Assembly: GCA_036172245.1 (NCBI GenBank)
Contig: JAYWIR010000029.1
Coordinates: 2,046,001-2,110,000, forward strand
Length of the DNA: 64,000 nt
Direction of reading: 5' to 3'
From: Raillietiella orientalis
Taxonomy: Eukaryota
Made by a program: the position numbers and the translations under genes. The notes under the pieces were generated by a model that did not search any database, was not told where the DNA came from, and was given only the letters and a program-made list of their open reading frames with translations. Below are positions 10,698-22,376 of the stretch, piece after piece (within the stretch, counting starts at the first letter, position 1; the number at the start of each line of letters is the position of its first letter).

Positions 10698-13600
10698 CAG
10701 GGGGAAGGGGGGGAAGAAGTCGGTACGAGGCGACCACTCGACTGCGGGCAACGCGCAAGACGGCGGCGAGACCGAGTGCCTCGTCTGGAGGGAACAGCTG
10801 CTCACTGAGGGCTTGGGCAGGGATCGAGGGCTCCTTGAACGGCCTGGGGAGAAAAAACCCCGGAGACTTCTCTCCTCCTCTATTCTTTTTTTGTTGTCCC
10901 TTCCTTTGGGGTGTTCTGCTTTGCCTGTTTCCGTTTTTTGCTTTCTTATCACCGGTAGACCCCGAGGGGGAAGAGGGAGATGTGGGTCAAAGCCTTTCCG
11001 TAACCTCGCGCCACGCGCGCTCCGGCAAGGGGGAAGGGAGAAGAACGTCGGGTCGGTTTTCCCTCCGAAACAGCACACACGGAGGAAGGGCGGCGGCGCG
11101 TTCTGTCCGGCACAGAGCGACGTGGGACTCTCGGGGGATGCTGCGCAAGTGGGATGGGCGCGCTCCAGACATCCGAGTATCCTTCGCGGAGATGAAAGTT
11201 CTCTCCTGGTCTGGCGAACGAAAGGACGCAGCAGCGGCGGCGGACGGGGGAGGAGGAGAAAGGTTAGGGGAGGACCCGGCGCGCCTCTCCGTCTCCGGCG
11301 GGAGGCAGTGAAAGCTGCTGCTGCTGTCCCGCTTCCGGTTTTGCCCGAAAGGTGCCGAGTCGGCAAGGGAGGGAGGGAGGGAGGCCGAGAGGGAGTGCGC
11401 GTCCGTTCGCCTGCCAGGATGGAAGGTGTTCCACCTTCTATCCGGGCAGCTTCCGGGAATATCTCGGAAGACGCAGGACGACGGGATGAGATTACGCTTT
11501 CTCCGCAACCTCCAGAGGGGGGAAGGAACCTCCTTGCAGGCGCGAAACCAAGCGGAGCTCTGGAAGCAGCGGAGAAAAAGAACCCCCCCCCGGGGGTGTG
11601 TTGCATGCGGACGCCGCGAGACCGCTGGCAACGGGTCTTCTCGGAGTGCGGAGGTTTCCGTTACTCGCGGAGGTTTCCGCTCTCCTCCTTCCCCTCTCTC
11701 CCCCATCCCCCGGGTGCCAGGGCGACGACAGTCACATGGTTCGCACCCCGAGGCCGGCAGGGGCGGATCCCGTTCCTCCATTCTCCCCATTAGTGATCGG
11801 CCGCGTCTCCGTGAAAGGAAAACGAGTCGGGCGTGAGCGGAGAACGAGGCCGACGGGGAGGAGGAGACGCGTGACCCAGGTGGTCACGCGAGCGTGAACG
11901 AACGGAAAGGAGGAGGCGCGAGGCCCCACGGCGGCGGGAAATCTGTGTCAGGCCCGTCCTCGTTTCTTCGCGCCCTGCCGGACAACCTTCCGCCCCCCCT
12001 CTCTTCCGCGTCACGTACCCGGGAGCAGTTTGCCGGAGAGCCGCCGGCGACACGTGAGTCGGCGCGGAACCCCAGAGGGGTCGAGAAAGGTCGTCGGAGG
12101 TCGGCGCCGCCGAAAGAGCGGCAGCGCACGAGAGGTGGGGGAAAAAAATAAAATGGAGTGGGGTGGGTGATGGGAGGGGTAGCGATGAGGGGGGACACGG
12201 TTTCCTTCTTCCCTTTCCGGTACGTCTGTCACCGCCTGCCGTTTCGCATTCGCCACAGCAAACGGCGCGGGAAAGGACTGGCGTCCCGCTGCGGCGGACG
12301 CCACTCCCGTCTGAGAGGGGGAGACGGGGATTTTCCCGGGGAGAAAAGGAGAAACAGCCGATGAAAGACTCGTCCCGCTGTAACCAGATATTCAAGGGGT
12401 AGGGGTGGGGGCACCGCCCTTTGCGGGAGGATCCTGCAGTGCCGCCAGCTATCTGCTTCCAGGGAGGAAGGGAAGGAGGGGGGGCTGTCTGAGTTCCCTT
12501 TCTTTTCCTCTCTCAAGGGATCTTTCCCTGCTCCTCCGGAGAGTCTTAGAAATCCCAGGAAAGACAAGAGGAAGCAATCAGAGTGGAAGACGTCGAAGTC
12601 CAGAGAAGACCTGGAGGCTGCCCGAGACTCTTGCGAACAAGCGGTCGTGAATCCGCTGTATCGGTGTGGGAGCTTTCCGGAAAGGTCCTAAGGAGGAGAG
12701 TAGTGGGAGCGCCGGATGTCTGCCATCTTCCTCTCTACCCCTCCTCCCCTGCCCGTTCCGGAAGCTGGCATGGAATTCCCGCTTGGAGGAGAGCGGAGAG
12801 TCGAAAGCAAGGGGAGGGGCTGCGGACTGCGCCGCAGCCACCGCAGGTCTCCGGGGACGCCGGAGAGGACAGTCCCGCTGCGCGAGCCGCCGTTGAAGGA
12901 GAAGAGGAGACGCGGCCGCTAGTCCCCCCTCGGAGATCAGGACGCCTCCTGGATCCGCTGAGTTCTACGTGACTCTGTGTGCTCTTCGGTCGCCCCTCCC
13001 TCTGGAAGACGGGCGATTCACCTCCAAGGGTGGACACGACCAGATCTCCTCCTTCCAGACGGGGATCGTGGTGTCCCGAAGGATCGCGCGAGTTTTCTCC
13101 TTCGGCTGTGAGACGTCTACGTGCTCGACATAGTTGACCCTTGCCTTGTGCAGGATGGTGGAAGCGCAGGGTCTTCCCGAAGTTCTCCAGAGGTCCTCCC
13201 TCGGAAGACAGGAGCGACCTTTTGAGCACTCCGGGAACGGATCTGGACCACGGCTCGTAACCCGGAGCAACGCTTCCTGTTGCATCTCCTCCCTCCCCCC
13301 ACGCGACAGCCTCGGTCGGAGAGCGATGGGAAGCCCCGGCACATCCTCCCACTTCAACGACGGCTGCTGCCCTGGAAACGGATTCCAACAGGGCAAGGAG
13401 TCTTGGAGGAATCGCGCGCATCAACCACGGAGCGGGAGGAGGGGGATGGGAACTGAACGAAGGAGGGCAAGGGCTCTTCATCTCCGGAACTTTCCTGGAG
13501 GAGGGAGGGAGAAGCGAAGGGCGCGTCGCCAGGATTACTGCATCGAAAAAAGGAGGGAAAGGGTGGAAGTCCTCCTGGTTTTCTCAGAGACGCGGGAGTC

Positions 13601-15345
13601 CCGGAGGGCGGCGGGAAAGAGGGAAGTGTCCCTTTCTCCCTCAGCCACGCCCCCTTGTCCGAGAAGCGCTGCTTCCTGGCTTCGGGCGTCGGGATGCCGC
13701 GCGCGCTTCCCCCGCCAGGAAGATAGGGGAATCTTCAGGAAGAGAGCCCTTCAGGATCCAGAGAAGAGAGGGATGAAAGCCACCCGAGGAATTTCCGAGG
13801 AGCAGGAGGGAACACCCTGAGCGTCAAGCAATGGAAAGCTTCTCAGACGTTTCCACTCCCGGGGCCGAAGGAGGGAGGGCGGGCCCGCCCATCCTGGAAG
13901 CTCGCTAATCGCACCGATTAGTCGCGCGGGAAGAGGAATGGAGTGGAGAAAAGCTCTCCACCTCGTCTCTTTTTTCCCCTCCTCTTGGGAAAGGGGGAGG
14001 GGGGGTGAAGAACAAGCAGGGAAAGGAAACTTCGGGCAGACCGGGAGAGGCCAGCCGTCGAGCGCCGACTTCGGGATAGCGGACCCTTTTTTCCATAGTC
14101 CAGCGGGGGGCAGATGGGCCTGCCCACTCCTTCCCTTCCAAACCTCTGGCGTCCCTTCCTTCCTCTCTCCTCCCCGTCCCCCATCTGGCGCTTCTCGCGA
14201 AGAACGGGAAATGGGCAGGTCCCGCGCTCCCTCGGGAGGGTGCGGCTCGCGGACCTATCTGCCCGAGAAGGGAAGAAGGAAGGGGGGATGGAGGAAGGGG
14301 ACCTGTCCGATCCCCGGCGTGAAACCTGGCTGGCAGGCGGACGGCTCCCTGCCGAGATTTCCGACCGATCCCGTTTCGGCCTCTCCCGGAGCAATGCTAT
14401 CCTGCTCTCTTCTTTCTTGCTGATCCGGGAGACGATGACGCCTTAGTCTCTTCCCTCCGGGAAAGGCGCGCGGAGCGGGCGCCTCTCCTGGAAGGGAGAA
14501 GGAAGCAGGGGAGAAGGCTGCGCCCTCCGGCTGTCCTCTCCTCCCGAGGAGCAGGCGCTGGAAGGGCGGGGATCTCGGACTCGCAGGCAGGGGTCGCTGG
14601 GAAGGCAATGCGGGGATTCGAAGTCGCCATCACCAGGCGTCTCCCTGGGCCGCTTTCTTCGCTCCTCCCAGCTGGAAGAGAGGGGGTTGTCCCTACGCTC
14701 CCCTTCCAGCACTCCCTCTCCCTCCCCCAGGAGTCTCTCCCGCCTTCTGAGCTGTTTCCATCGCTCTGCCGAGACTTCCATCCCTTCCGCGCAGGAGTGG
14801 GCCCCCATTCGCGTCCCCTTCATGCCCGTCCCATCCGCCTCTCGCCGCACCTAGCGGCTGCCAGAGGGGCGCGTCCCTCTTCACTTCCAGTTCTCCCTGC
14901 AAGAGGAGGTGCTCCTCGAAGGTGCGGCGGCGACCGGAAGTGGGGCTGCCGCCCATCCCTGGAGGTCCTTCATCTGCCTGGAGAAGCGCAGCCGCCTTCC
15001 TCGGCACCAGGACCGTGCAGGCGCTCGGCCATCTACCCTGACCGGAGGTCCCTTCTCTCTCTTGAGAAGTCTTCCGCTGGACCAGAACCCTCTCCGCTCC
15101 CTCTGGAGCTGCAACCCTCCTGATCTTGAGTCTCCTTCTTCCCCGCTTCTGTCTACTCCTTCTCCTCCTCCTCCACCGATTCTCTGGAGGAGATCCCTTG
15201 ATGGCACTTGCCAAGAGGAGAGGCTCTCTCAAGGGAAGGGGAAGAAGCGAAAAAAGGGGAGGCGGTAGCGGTTTTCCTGAGATCCCGTCCCCATCTTCGC
15301 CCGGCTTGTCGCCCCCTTCCCGGGAAGCCCACGCAGGGTACCTAC

Positions 15346-15516
15346 ATGCCAGCTGCTTGAGAACTTGAGGGGGGCGGAAGAGGTTCAGTCCTTTGCCGGT
15401 CGCGTTGCTGCCGTAGATGATGACGTTATCGATGGACGAAACCTTGCGCGGGGGCGCGTCCACGTTGTACCTGACGACGGCGTTGTTCAACAGCCAATCG
15501 CTGTCGCTCCTCGCTA
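15346..15516 (-). CDS. Candidate N-terminal module C, exon 2 (probably spliced into gene 1)
   Basis: ttttgcag/ARSDSDWLLNNAVVRYNVDAPPRKVSSIDNVIIYGSNATGKGLNLFRPPQVLKQLA/gtaggt; strong codon bias; the plus-strand ORF here is its antisense shadow. Confidence 0.7.
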
Positions 15517-15578
15517 CTGCAAAAGAGAGACCTCGGTGTCAAAGAGTCGTCCACGGGTGCCTCACCAAGGACACTTAC

Positions 15579-15726
15579 GGGAGTGCTCCGTGGGCTGGCA
15601 ACCCTGGTCGCCTCCACACCTGGAAAGACCTTTGGTGTCGAGCGTCGTCTCCGGGACACCGAGGATCGCTCCTGCAGAGAGCAGTAGCGACAAAAGACAC
15701 CTCCCAAAGCAAAGAACGCAATTCAT
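15579..15726 (-). CDS. Candidate N-terminal module C, exon 1 (signal peptide)
   Basis: MNCVLCFGRCLLSLLLSAGAILG-VPETTLDTKGLSRCGGDQGCQPTEHS/gtaagt; perfect phase-1 donor; 62-nt intron to 15516. Confidence 0.7.
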
Positions 15727-18700
15727 AATACGCCTTTATTTGCTCTGCAGCTGGAAGAAGATGGACTTGAGAGGAGAGGGAGAAATTTCGTCGGGATCGC
15801 GGGAAAAAAAACAAAGACATCGACTTTGCTTTCGACGGAAGAATTCCTTCCTGTGCTCCCCCTTTTTTCGTTCGCTTTCAGAGGCTCGCCACCGGCCACC
15901 TGATCCACCACCGCGAGGAGACTTTCACGCGCGCGCGCACCTCGAGGCACCTCAGAGATCAAGCCGCCTTCGATGCGCCTCTCGGAAGCTTTTTGCTTGT
16001 TTGTTTTTGGGATGTTCCGGAAGTCGTCCCCGATGCACATTTTGGGAGGCAAGGTTTCACTACGCAGTCATCATCACTACGGTACATGACGTCATGCCCG
16101 CGATGAAAGCGCCCCCAGCCGCAATACGCGCACCTCCCCCTTCCTTTCCCCGTTCCTTACAGGCTTCATTGCTTCTGTTTACTGTCCAGAAGCCTACGCA
16201 CAGCTGTCCGGAAACCGCCCTTTCGGCTCCGTAAGCAGCGGCTGCTCATCCTTACTGCCACTTTTACCCGCCATCTCGTAAGCGCCGCGAGAACTAAGTT
16301 CCAGCAGGCCAGCTTTTTCCTGGAGACGGATAATTCACTGAGCTTGATGAGACTCTATCGACCACCCGTTGGCTGTTGGCGAACGCTTCAGCTGATTTCG
16401 TCCCTTTAGCTCCTGCGATCCCGGGTCCCGACAGACTTTGATGAACTGCGCTTGCCGAATGGCATGGGGGTAGGGGACGTGAGGTCGAGCAGACGAAGAT
16501 GAATGACTGTCTTCGCTGCTCGAGGCGAGGATGAATGACTGTCCACCCTTAGATCGAGCTTTCCTGGGATTTTTCAGAAGAGGATTCCTCAAGCCGTCCG
16601 ATTCCGTAGATACCGAAAAACTGGGACGCAAGATCCTGCCTCTCCCGGCAACGGAGGGAACACTTGATAAAGAACTTTGAGGGAGGATGTTCTTGCAGAG
16701 GGCGGCCGTGAATGCCTGCGGATGTATTCGTTGTGAAGGCTCGTGAGATGTGTGACAAAACATTTCGCCCTTCATTGTGCCAATTCCATTGTGCTTGCTC
16801 GGTTAACCGATTGACTGCGATGGAGCCTGCGACCTTGAGACACGCCTTTCAGATATGCAGGAGGGTTGAACTTTCACAGCCGAGCGCGCAGTCACGTCAT
16901 TCTGTAGCATCACGGGATTGTTCCTACAATCACCTTTACCACACACGTGACAGCAACGCGACAAGCCACCTCTTGGGTCGGTGCCAGCAGGGGAAGAATT
17001 CATCCCATTCACGAAAACGCTCGTAGGGGCATTCTTTGCTGGGTAAATGATGAAAAGAGAAACAGAGAGACGCCATCTGTTCAAGCGATGGTGACCAGCC
17101 TGCCGTGATGATGAATGCTGACCGCTCTGCATGGTGTTAATCACTGGAATGGCAAGAGGTTTCGCCTGTAATGGCAGGGGAACGGAAGAAGCTACCAGAA
17201 AATTGGGTGAAAGGAGTCCATAATAGGAGGAAAGACAAAAGCCTGGAGACAGTGACAGGTTACAATGGAAAGATGGAGCAGCTCAGCAAAGTGCAGCCAG
17301 TGGAAAAAAAAAAAAAAGGTGGGAACCACACAGGTGTGATTGTCGAGCATACAAAGGCAGCCAGCACCAGCCGGAAAAAAGGGATCACCGCCGCCGAATC
17401 AATGCACGACCTACCTGGAACAGGAGCTCACGGTCCAGCTGAGCATCTTTCTCAACAGAAACGAGAGAAGAGGGAAAGGAATTTTTTTTTCCTCCATAGG
17501 ATTGGAAATGTTGCCAAAGAGACGGTTTGCCCATTCATCACAGCAGAACGACAGAGGAGAGGATACCAGAAGCGTGAAGGATTCTTTAAAAGATTTCTTC
17601 TCGTAAACACTGTAATTCTATTGGAACCGAACGATCGAGAAGACTGCATCCATCCCCATCTATGCATCTATGAATCTACCAGGTGCTTCCGAGGAGCACA
17701 CTGCTCACATTTTCTTCCTAGGAGGGAGCCACAAGGAAACCATCGCATCCTTGGTCGGATGAGTTTTGAGCTCGCTTCTGGCTTTCTCCCTTCAAGACCG
17801 TTTCTCTGCTTGCTTCTAGCGGGCGAGGAGCGCACGGCTTCCCGTTCCCTCGTCTCTCCTGCGACACTCTCTGGTCTCCCGTCTTCCGCCAACTCCCAGA
17901 TCTGCTCGATCCACGCGTGGCCTCGGAGCCGAAAGGGAGTCCGGCCGTTGCCAGCACCTTCTCGGAGACGGCTTCCTCCAGCATCCTCGCACGCAAACTT
18001 GTCAAGATAACTTGAGGCAGACATCAAGGATTCCAGACAAGGATGCTGCATAGGAGTTGTTTGGCAGCCGGCAAACCAACGAAGATGGAACACAACGAAA
18101 GGGAGAACCTCTCTTTCAACCCCGCACCACCTACGTCACAGGCGTCACAGTCCATGCAGCAGTCTTGTACTTCTATCGAAATTTCACCTTTCGTCCGATG
18201 AACCTCCTCCCAACGCTTTCGACAAACACGAGCGATGCCCGTGGATTCTCGTGGTTTCCCGTCGAATACGGCGTGTCGATTTCGTACGCGGCACGCACAC
18301 GCCTCGCCTTATTCCCTTTCGAAGCATCGCGGTGTGCCGCCTTATTGCCTCGTGCATGGGTTTGGGAACCACCAGTCCCGATTCCTGCAGGCATCACGAA
18401 ATTTGGTCTGACAGATGAATTTCCCTTTTGACTTGTCCTGATCGAATAGGTTCTGACTGAGACCAGGAACGACATCCAGCGCACGCAACTGGGGGGGAAC
18501 ACTTGGGACATAAACGCAGGACCGAGTTTCCGAATCTCCGTTCGTTTCTGCGTTGCCGTGGCGACGCGGCCGGCACTGCTGCGCTCTTCTCCAGGCACGG
18601 TTCTTATGGTCTGCGACGCTGGTCCACGGGTCGGCAGATCGTGCGAAACGGCATGAAATTTCGCGCTGCTTTCGAGAATACACCGTCCGCATGTCACAGT

Positions 18701-21700
18701 TTCCGAGGAGGAGGAAAAAAAAAAAAAAAAAGCCCCTTCGAAACGACTCAACCTCCTCACGCAGCCCTATTCGTTCATATGATGATGATTTTGCGACTTG
18801 AATCTTTCCTATCTTCTGGGGGGCTTCCGAGCCAGCGGTATCTCGCTAGCCTGCCTGCAGCCTCCTCGAATCAGTGATGTAACATTCCCAGGTTTCGCCC
18901 GCCCCGCCACCACAGTCCAAGAGGAGCCAGTTTTTTCTTTCTCTCGATTAGATCTCTTGGCAACCACACGGGGACGAGAGTCCTGCGTTGTATAAGTACT
19001 GTTCGCTTTTCCATAAACACGGCTTACACATATTTTTTGTTTTTTTTTTTTTAGAGATGAGATGCTCGAGGAAAAACTGAACGAAAATCGTCACGGCGGC
19101 TTCAACTGTTTGGTTTTGAGCATGAGCTTAGCGGGGCGGAATTATTTTCTACGAGCAGTTCTGCTCGTCCCCGTTTCATTCCAAGTGTGCATCTCCATCC
19201 GGAAGATTTTTTTTTTTTTTTTTTGTTTAGCGTTTGATGGTTTCGAAAATCAACTCAAATAAGAAACTGTGAGAAAAAAATCCAAAAAAAGAAAAAAAAA
19301 AGAAAGGAATCAAAGGTGCTTTGCATTTCAGAGCTCGTACCACTGCTGTACACGTACACCGTAGGAAGGTGAAATTTGTGTGCGTGATGAATTCAATCTC
19401 TTTAATTTTGAACGCGTACATGATGATCAGAGGAAATCCTTAGCAACAGCAATTATTAGTAGCAACCATTTTATGGACATCATTGTGATTATGCCCGCGT
19501 GTTGCCTCCCAATGTATACAGCACGTACACATGTTAATCCTTTTCCAGTGCATACAATGTATGATTGAAGATTGTGGCACTTCCGGTGGATATATATATG
19601 TATGTATACTTTGTGCTTGCGAATTCAGGAGAATCCCTCGAGCTCCAACTCTGTCAAGTCGAGGATACTCCAGAGGTGCACGCCTGCGGCTGCCTCTCTC
19701 GCTCAGCAGTCAAAGCAAAGCAAAGTGCAAAGTAAAAAAATGGAAAAGGCCAAGTACGGGCGGGGGGGGGGGGGAAAGGGCGTGGGGCAATCACCATGTA
19801 CCTGAGAACACACACGGGGTTGCCCAGGTGGGAGTCCCACGCTCGGAAGACTCCCAACACGAAACACGGTGGCACTTGGAATCGAGGCAGTTCGAGACTC
19901 TGCTCTTTGGTTGTTCAGAGGCTGGCCCAAGTTTCCATCTTTGGGGAAGGGGGGGGGGAGTGTGTGTGTGTGCGTTTTCCCCCATCGTAGACGCAAAGTG
20001 GGGGTGAAGTGCAACGTAGCCAAACTTTGGTGAGGAACCCCAAATTGTGAAAGAATCCAGTTCCCATAACAACCCGCTTATCGAACACTTCCTTCGCGAT
20101 AAGACGGGAATTCCCCGCCTACAAACGGGAACAACTTTCGTTTTCAGATTCAGGAGATCGCACACGCTACAAGCGCCACACATTAATGTGGACACTTATT
20201 TGTTTCTACCAGTTTTCAACATCTGCGGCGATCTTATACCTACACGTACGAAACATAGGGCGCAGATTGTGCATGCACGGAATCATACTCACGTGTGTGC
20301 GTTTGCGGTTTGCCTGCCTATAAAACACTTTCCTTCTGGGACACCAATAGGGTGGGACGAAACTATAACCGGGCAATTTCATCCTTGGAGAATTCCACGT
20401 CGCCACGAATGAATCAAAAAATTTCCAACGAGGCATCTTTAATCGAACAACGAACGGTATGGCATGATAATGAAATCCTCAATGATCTCATAATGTTTAA
20501 ATAGGTCAAGGAAAGCATTAACGGGCATCAAATCAAAAGCGAAGAATCTCGTAATTGAATTCTCTTAATAGGTTCGATTTACTAGAAAAAAAAAAAAAAA
20601 ATACATTACTTGCAACGGAATGCGGAATAATAGAATACCGAAAGCCCTAAGTGATTTCTCAGGTCTGCTAACGCCCGAGAGCAACTGGTGGTCACATGGG
20701 TCGACTTTTCTTTTTTATGGTTAGCAAAATTAAAGAGGAATCTGATTATAGGAATCGGCCTGCATGCCCATTAAAAGGCCGACGCCCGTAACTCAACTGC
20801 AAGCGACACTCGTGTTTCGTTCTCATCGCTCCATGCAGTCGTGACCACCGCGTCCACGGAAAGGACAATAAATTTTCGGTTTCTCACAATGAGAAAATAC
20901 TTGTTAAATTTGTAAACAAAATCCCGGAAACCAGCCACGGCACAGGTGACATCCGCTGGGCAAGAAAGAGCGCCTGCCGCATCCACCCGGCTGCTTGCGG
21001 TCACCGTGGTTACCTGCTTTTCGGGATGGGAGTGCTGTGGTCAGGCAGGGTTCGAAAGGGGTTCTTCCAGGCTCGGCGCTCGAGGGAGGAGGGCTATTCC
21101 GTTGCGGGAAGCGCCTCGGCGAGAGGCGTTTCGTCCGGTGGGGGCACTGGCTACTCGAAAGTTCCTGCCGATACTTTGGTCATGGGTGCAGCACGACCCA
21201 TCTCGGGCAAGGCGTCCGCCCCGTTCCCCTCAACTTTCCCGGGAATCTCACGGATCCAGAGGCCGTCGCGACATCGATCCTGACCGCGAAGGGTGCTCGC
21301 CGGCGACTGGCGCGGAGAGAACGGGAATTTCCTCGCGAGAATTTAAGGTGGCTCGGAGGAGCAGGGGGTTCCAAAAACACGTCGAGATCGAGGTTTCCGA
21401 TTATGAACGCCCGCCAACCGCCTCGGTACGAATTCTACGAATAAAGAAGAAGAGGAGGGGGAGGAGCACATATTTTATTCGCGACAGCATCTGGGACTAC
21501 TTTCGCGGGAAAGGCAACCACATCTTTACCTGCACCAGCAATCCGTAGCCGGGCTCCACGTGATCCATCTTACGTCCACTCGCGCACACGAATGCCTAGC
21601 AGCCGACTGGAAGGATTCCCGCGTGCCATTCTGTCCTCATTTTGCATATTTTACGAGTGATGATTACCATTCGCGATTCCTGCATTTTCTAGGTCTTTCT

Positions 21701-22356
21701 AAAACTTATATGGCGAACATATCCTGATTTCACATCCGGGGCTTTCATTCGACTTAGAAAGTGGCGGAAGCACTCGATTTTCGGCGGAGTAGTTCACTTA
21801 TCACAAAAATACTAATCCCGGTAATGATGTCTAATTCCCTGGGCCAACAGCCTGGTCCGAACGCGGAAACGCCGTCGCTAGGAGGTTCCGAAAGCCGGAA
21901 TAACCAGGAGACGTGCAATAACACCGGAAATCGGGGGAAAAAAATCGACCCAGCAGTGTCGTTACGGTTCCGCCGTTTTGTCCTAGAGCACTGGTGGGTG
22001 TCCTGGGGACGCTCGCGCCCGTTCCCGCTGAAGCTCTACGTGGGTAGGAGGAACGTGGGAGCCGAGATCTGCCTCTTCCCGCTCCCATCCTTTCCCCTCC
22101 CGTGAGGGGGAGGGGTTGGGTGGAACTCGACGAGGCCCGGTCGCGCGCGTTCCCGCGAATCCCAGCATGCGCGAAAACTGGCGGGAGCCAGGTCACCCTT
22201 CTGCCACGGGGTGGTTTTTGGCGCCGTCACCCCCGGAAGGCTCATTTAAACGGACGGAACGAGCACACGAGTGTAACGATGGCGCGGCCAAGCTTTACAC
22301 GAGCCAAAGCGGACGCGATACCTGGGCGTGCCGGGTGTGGGCGGAGGAAGGCGCAA

Positions 22357-22376
22357 ATATATATATATATATATAT
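22357..22376. repeat. (AT)n microsatellite
   Basis: About 10 AT units. Confidence 0.9.

Noticed and set aside
9837..11793. 589-aa and 431-aa ORFs as single-exon genes
   Set aside because: Arg/Pro/Gly-rich GC artefacts; only 10258-10697 on the minus strand looks coding
8970..21587. Exact 16-mer ACGTCCACTCGCGCAC at about 8970 and about 21572
   Set aside because: One such match is not unexpected in 64 kb of GC-rich sequence, and the flanks do not align
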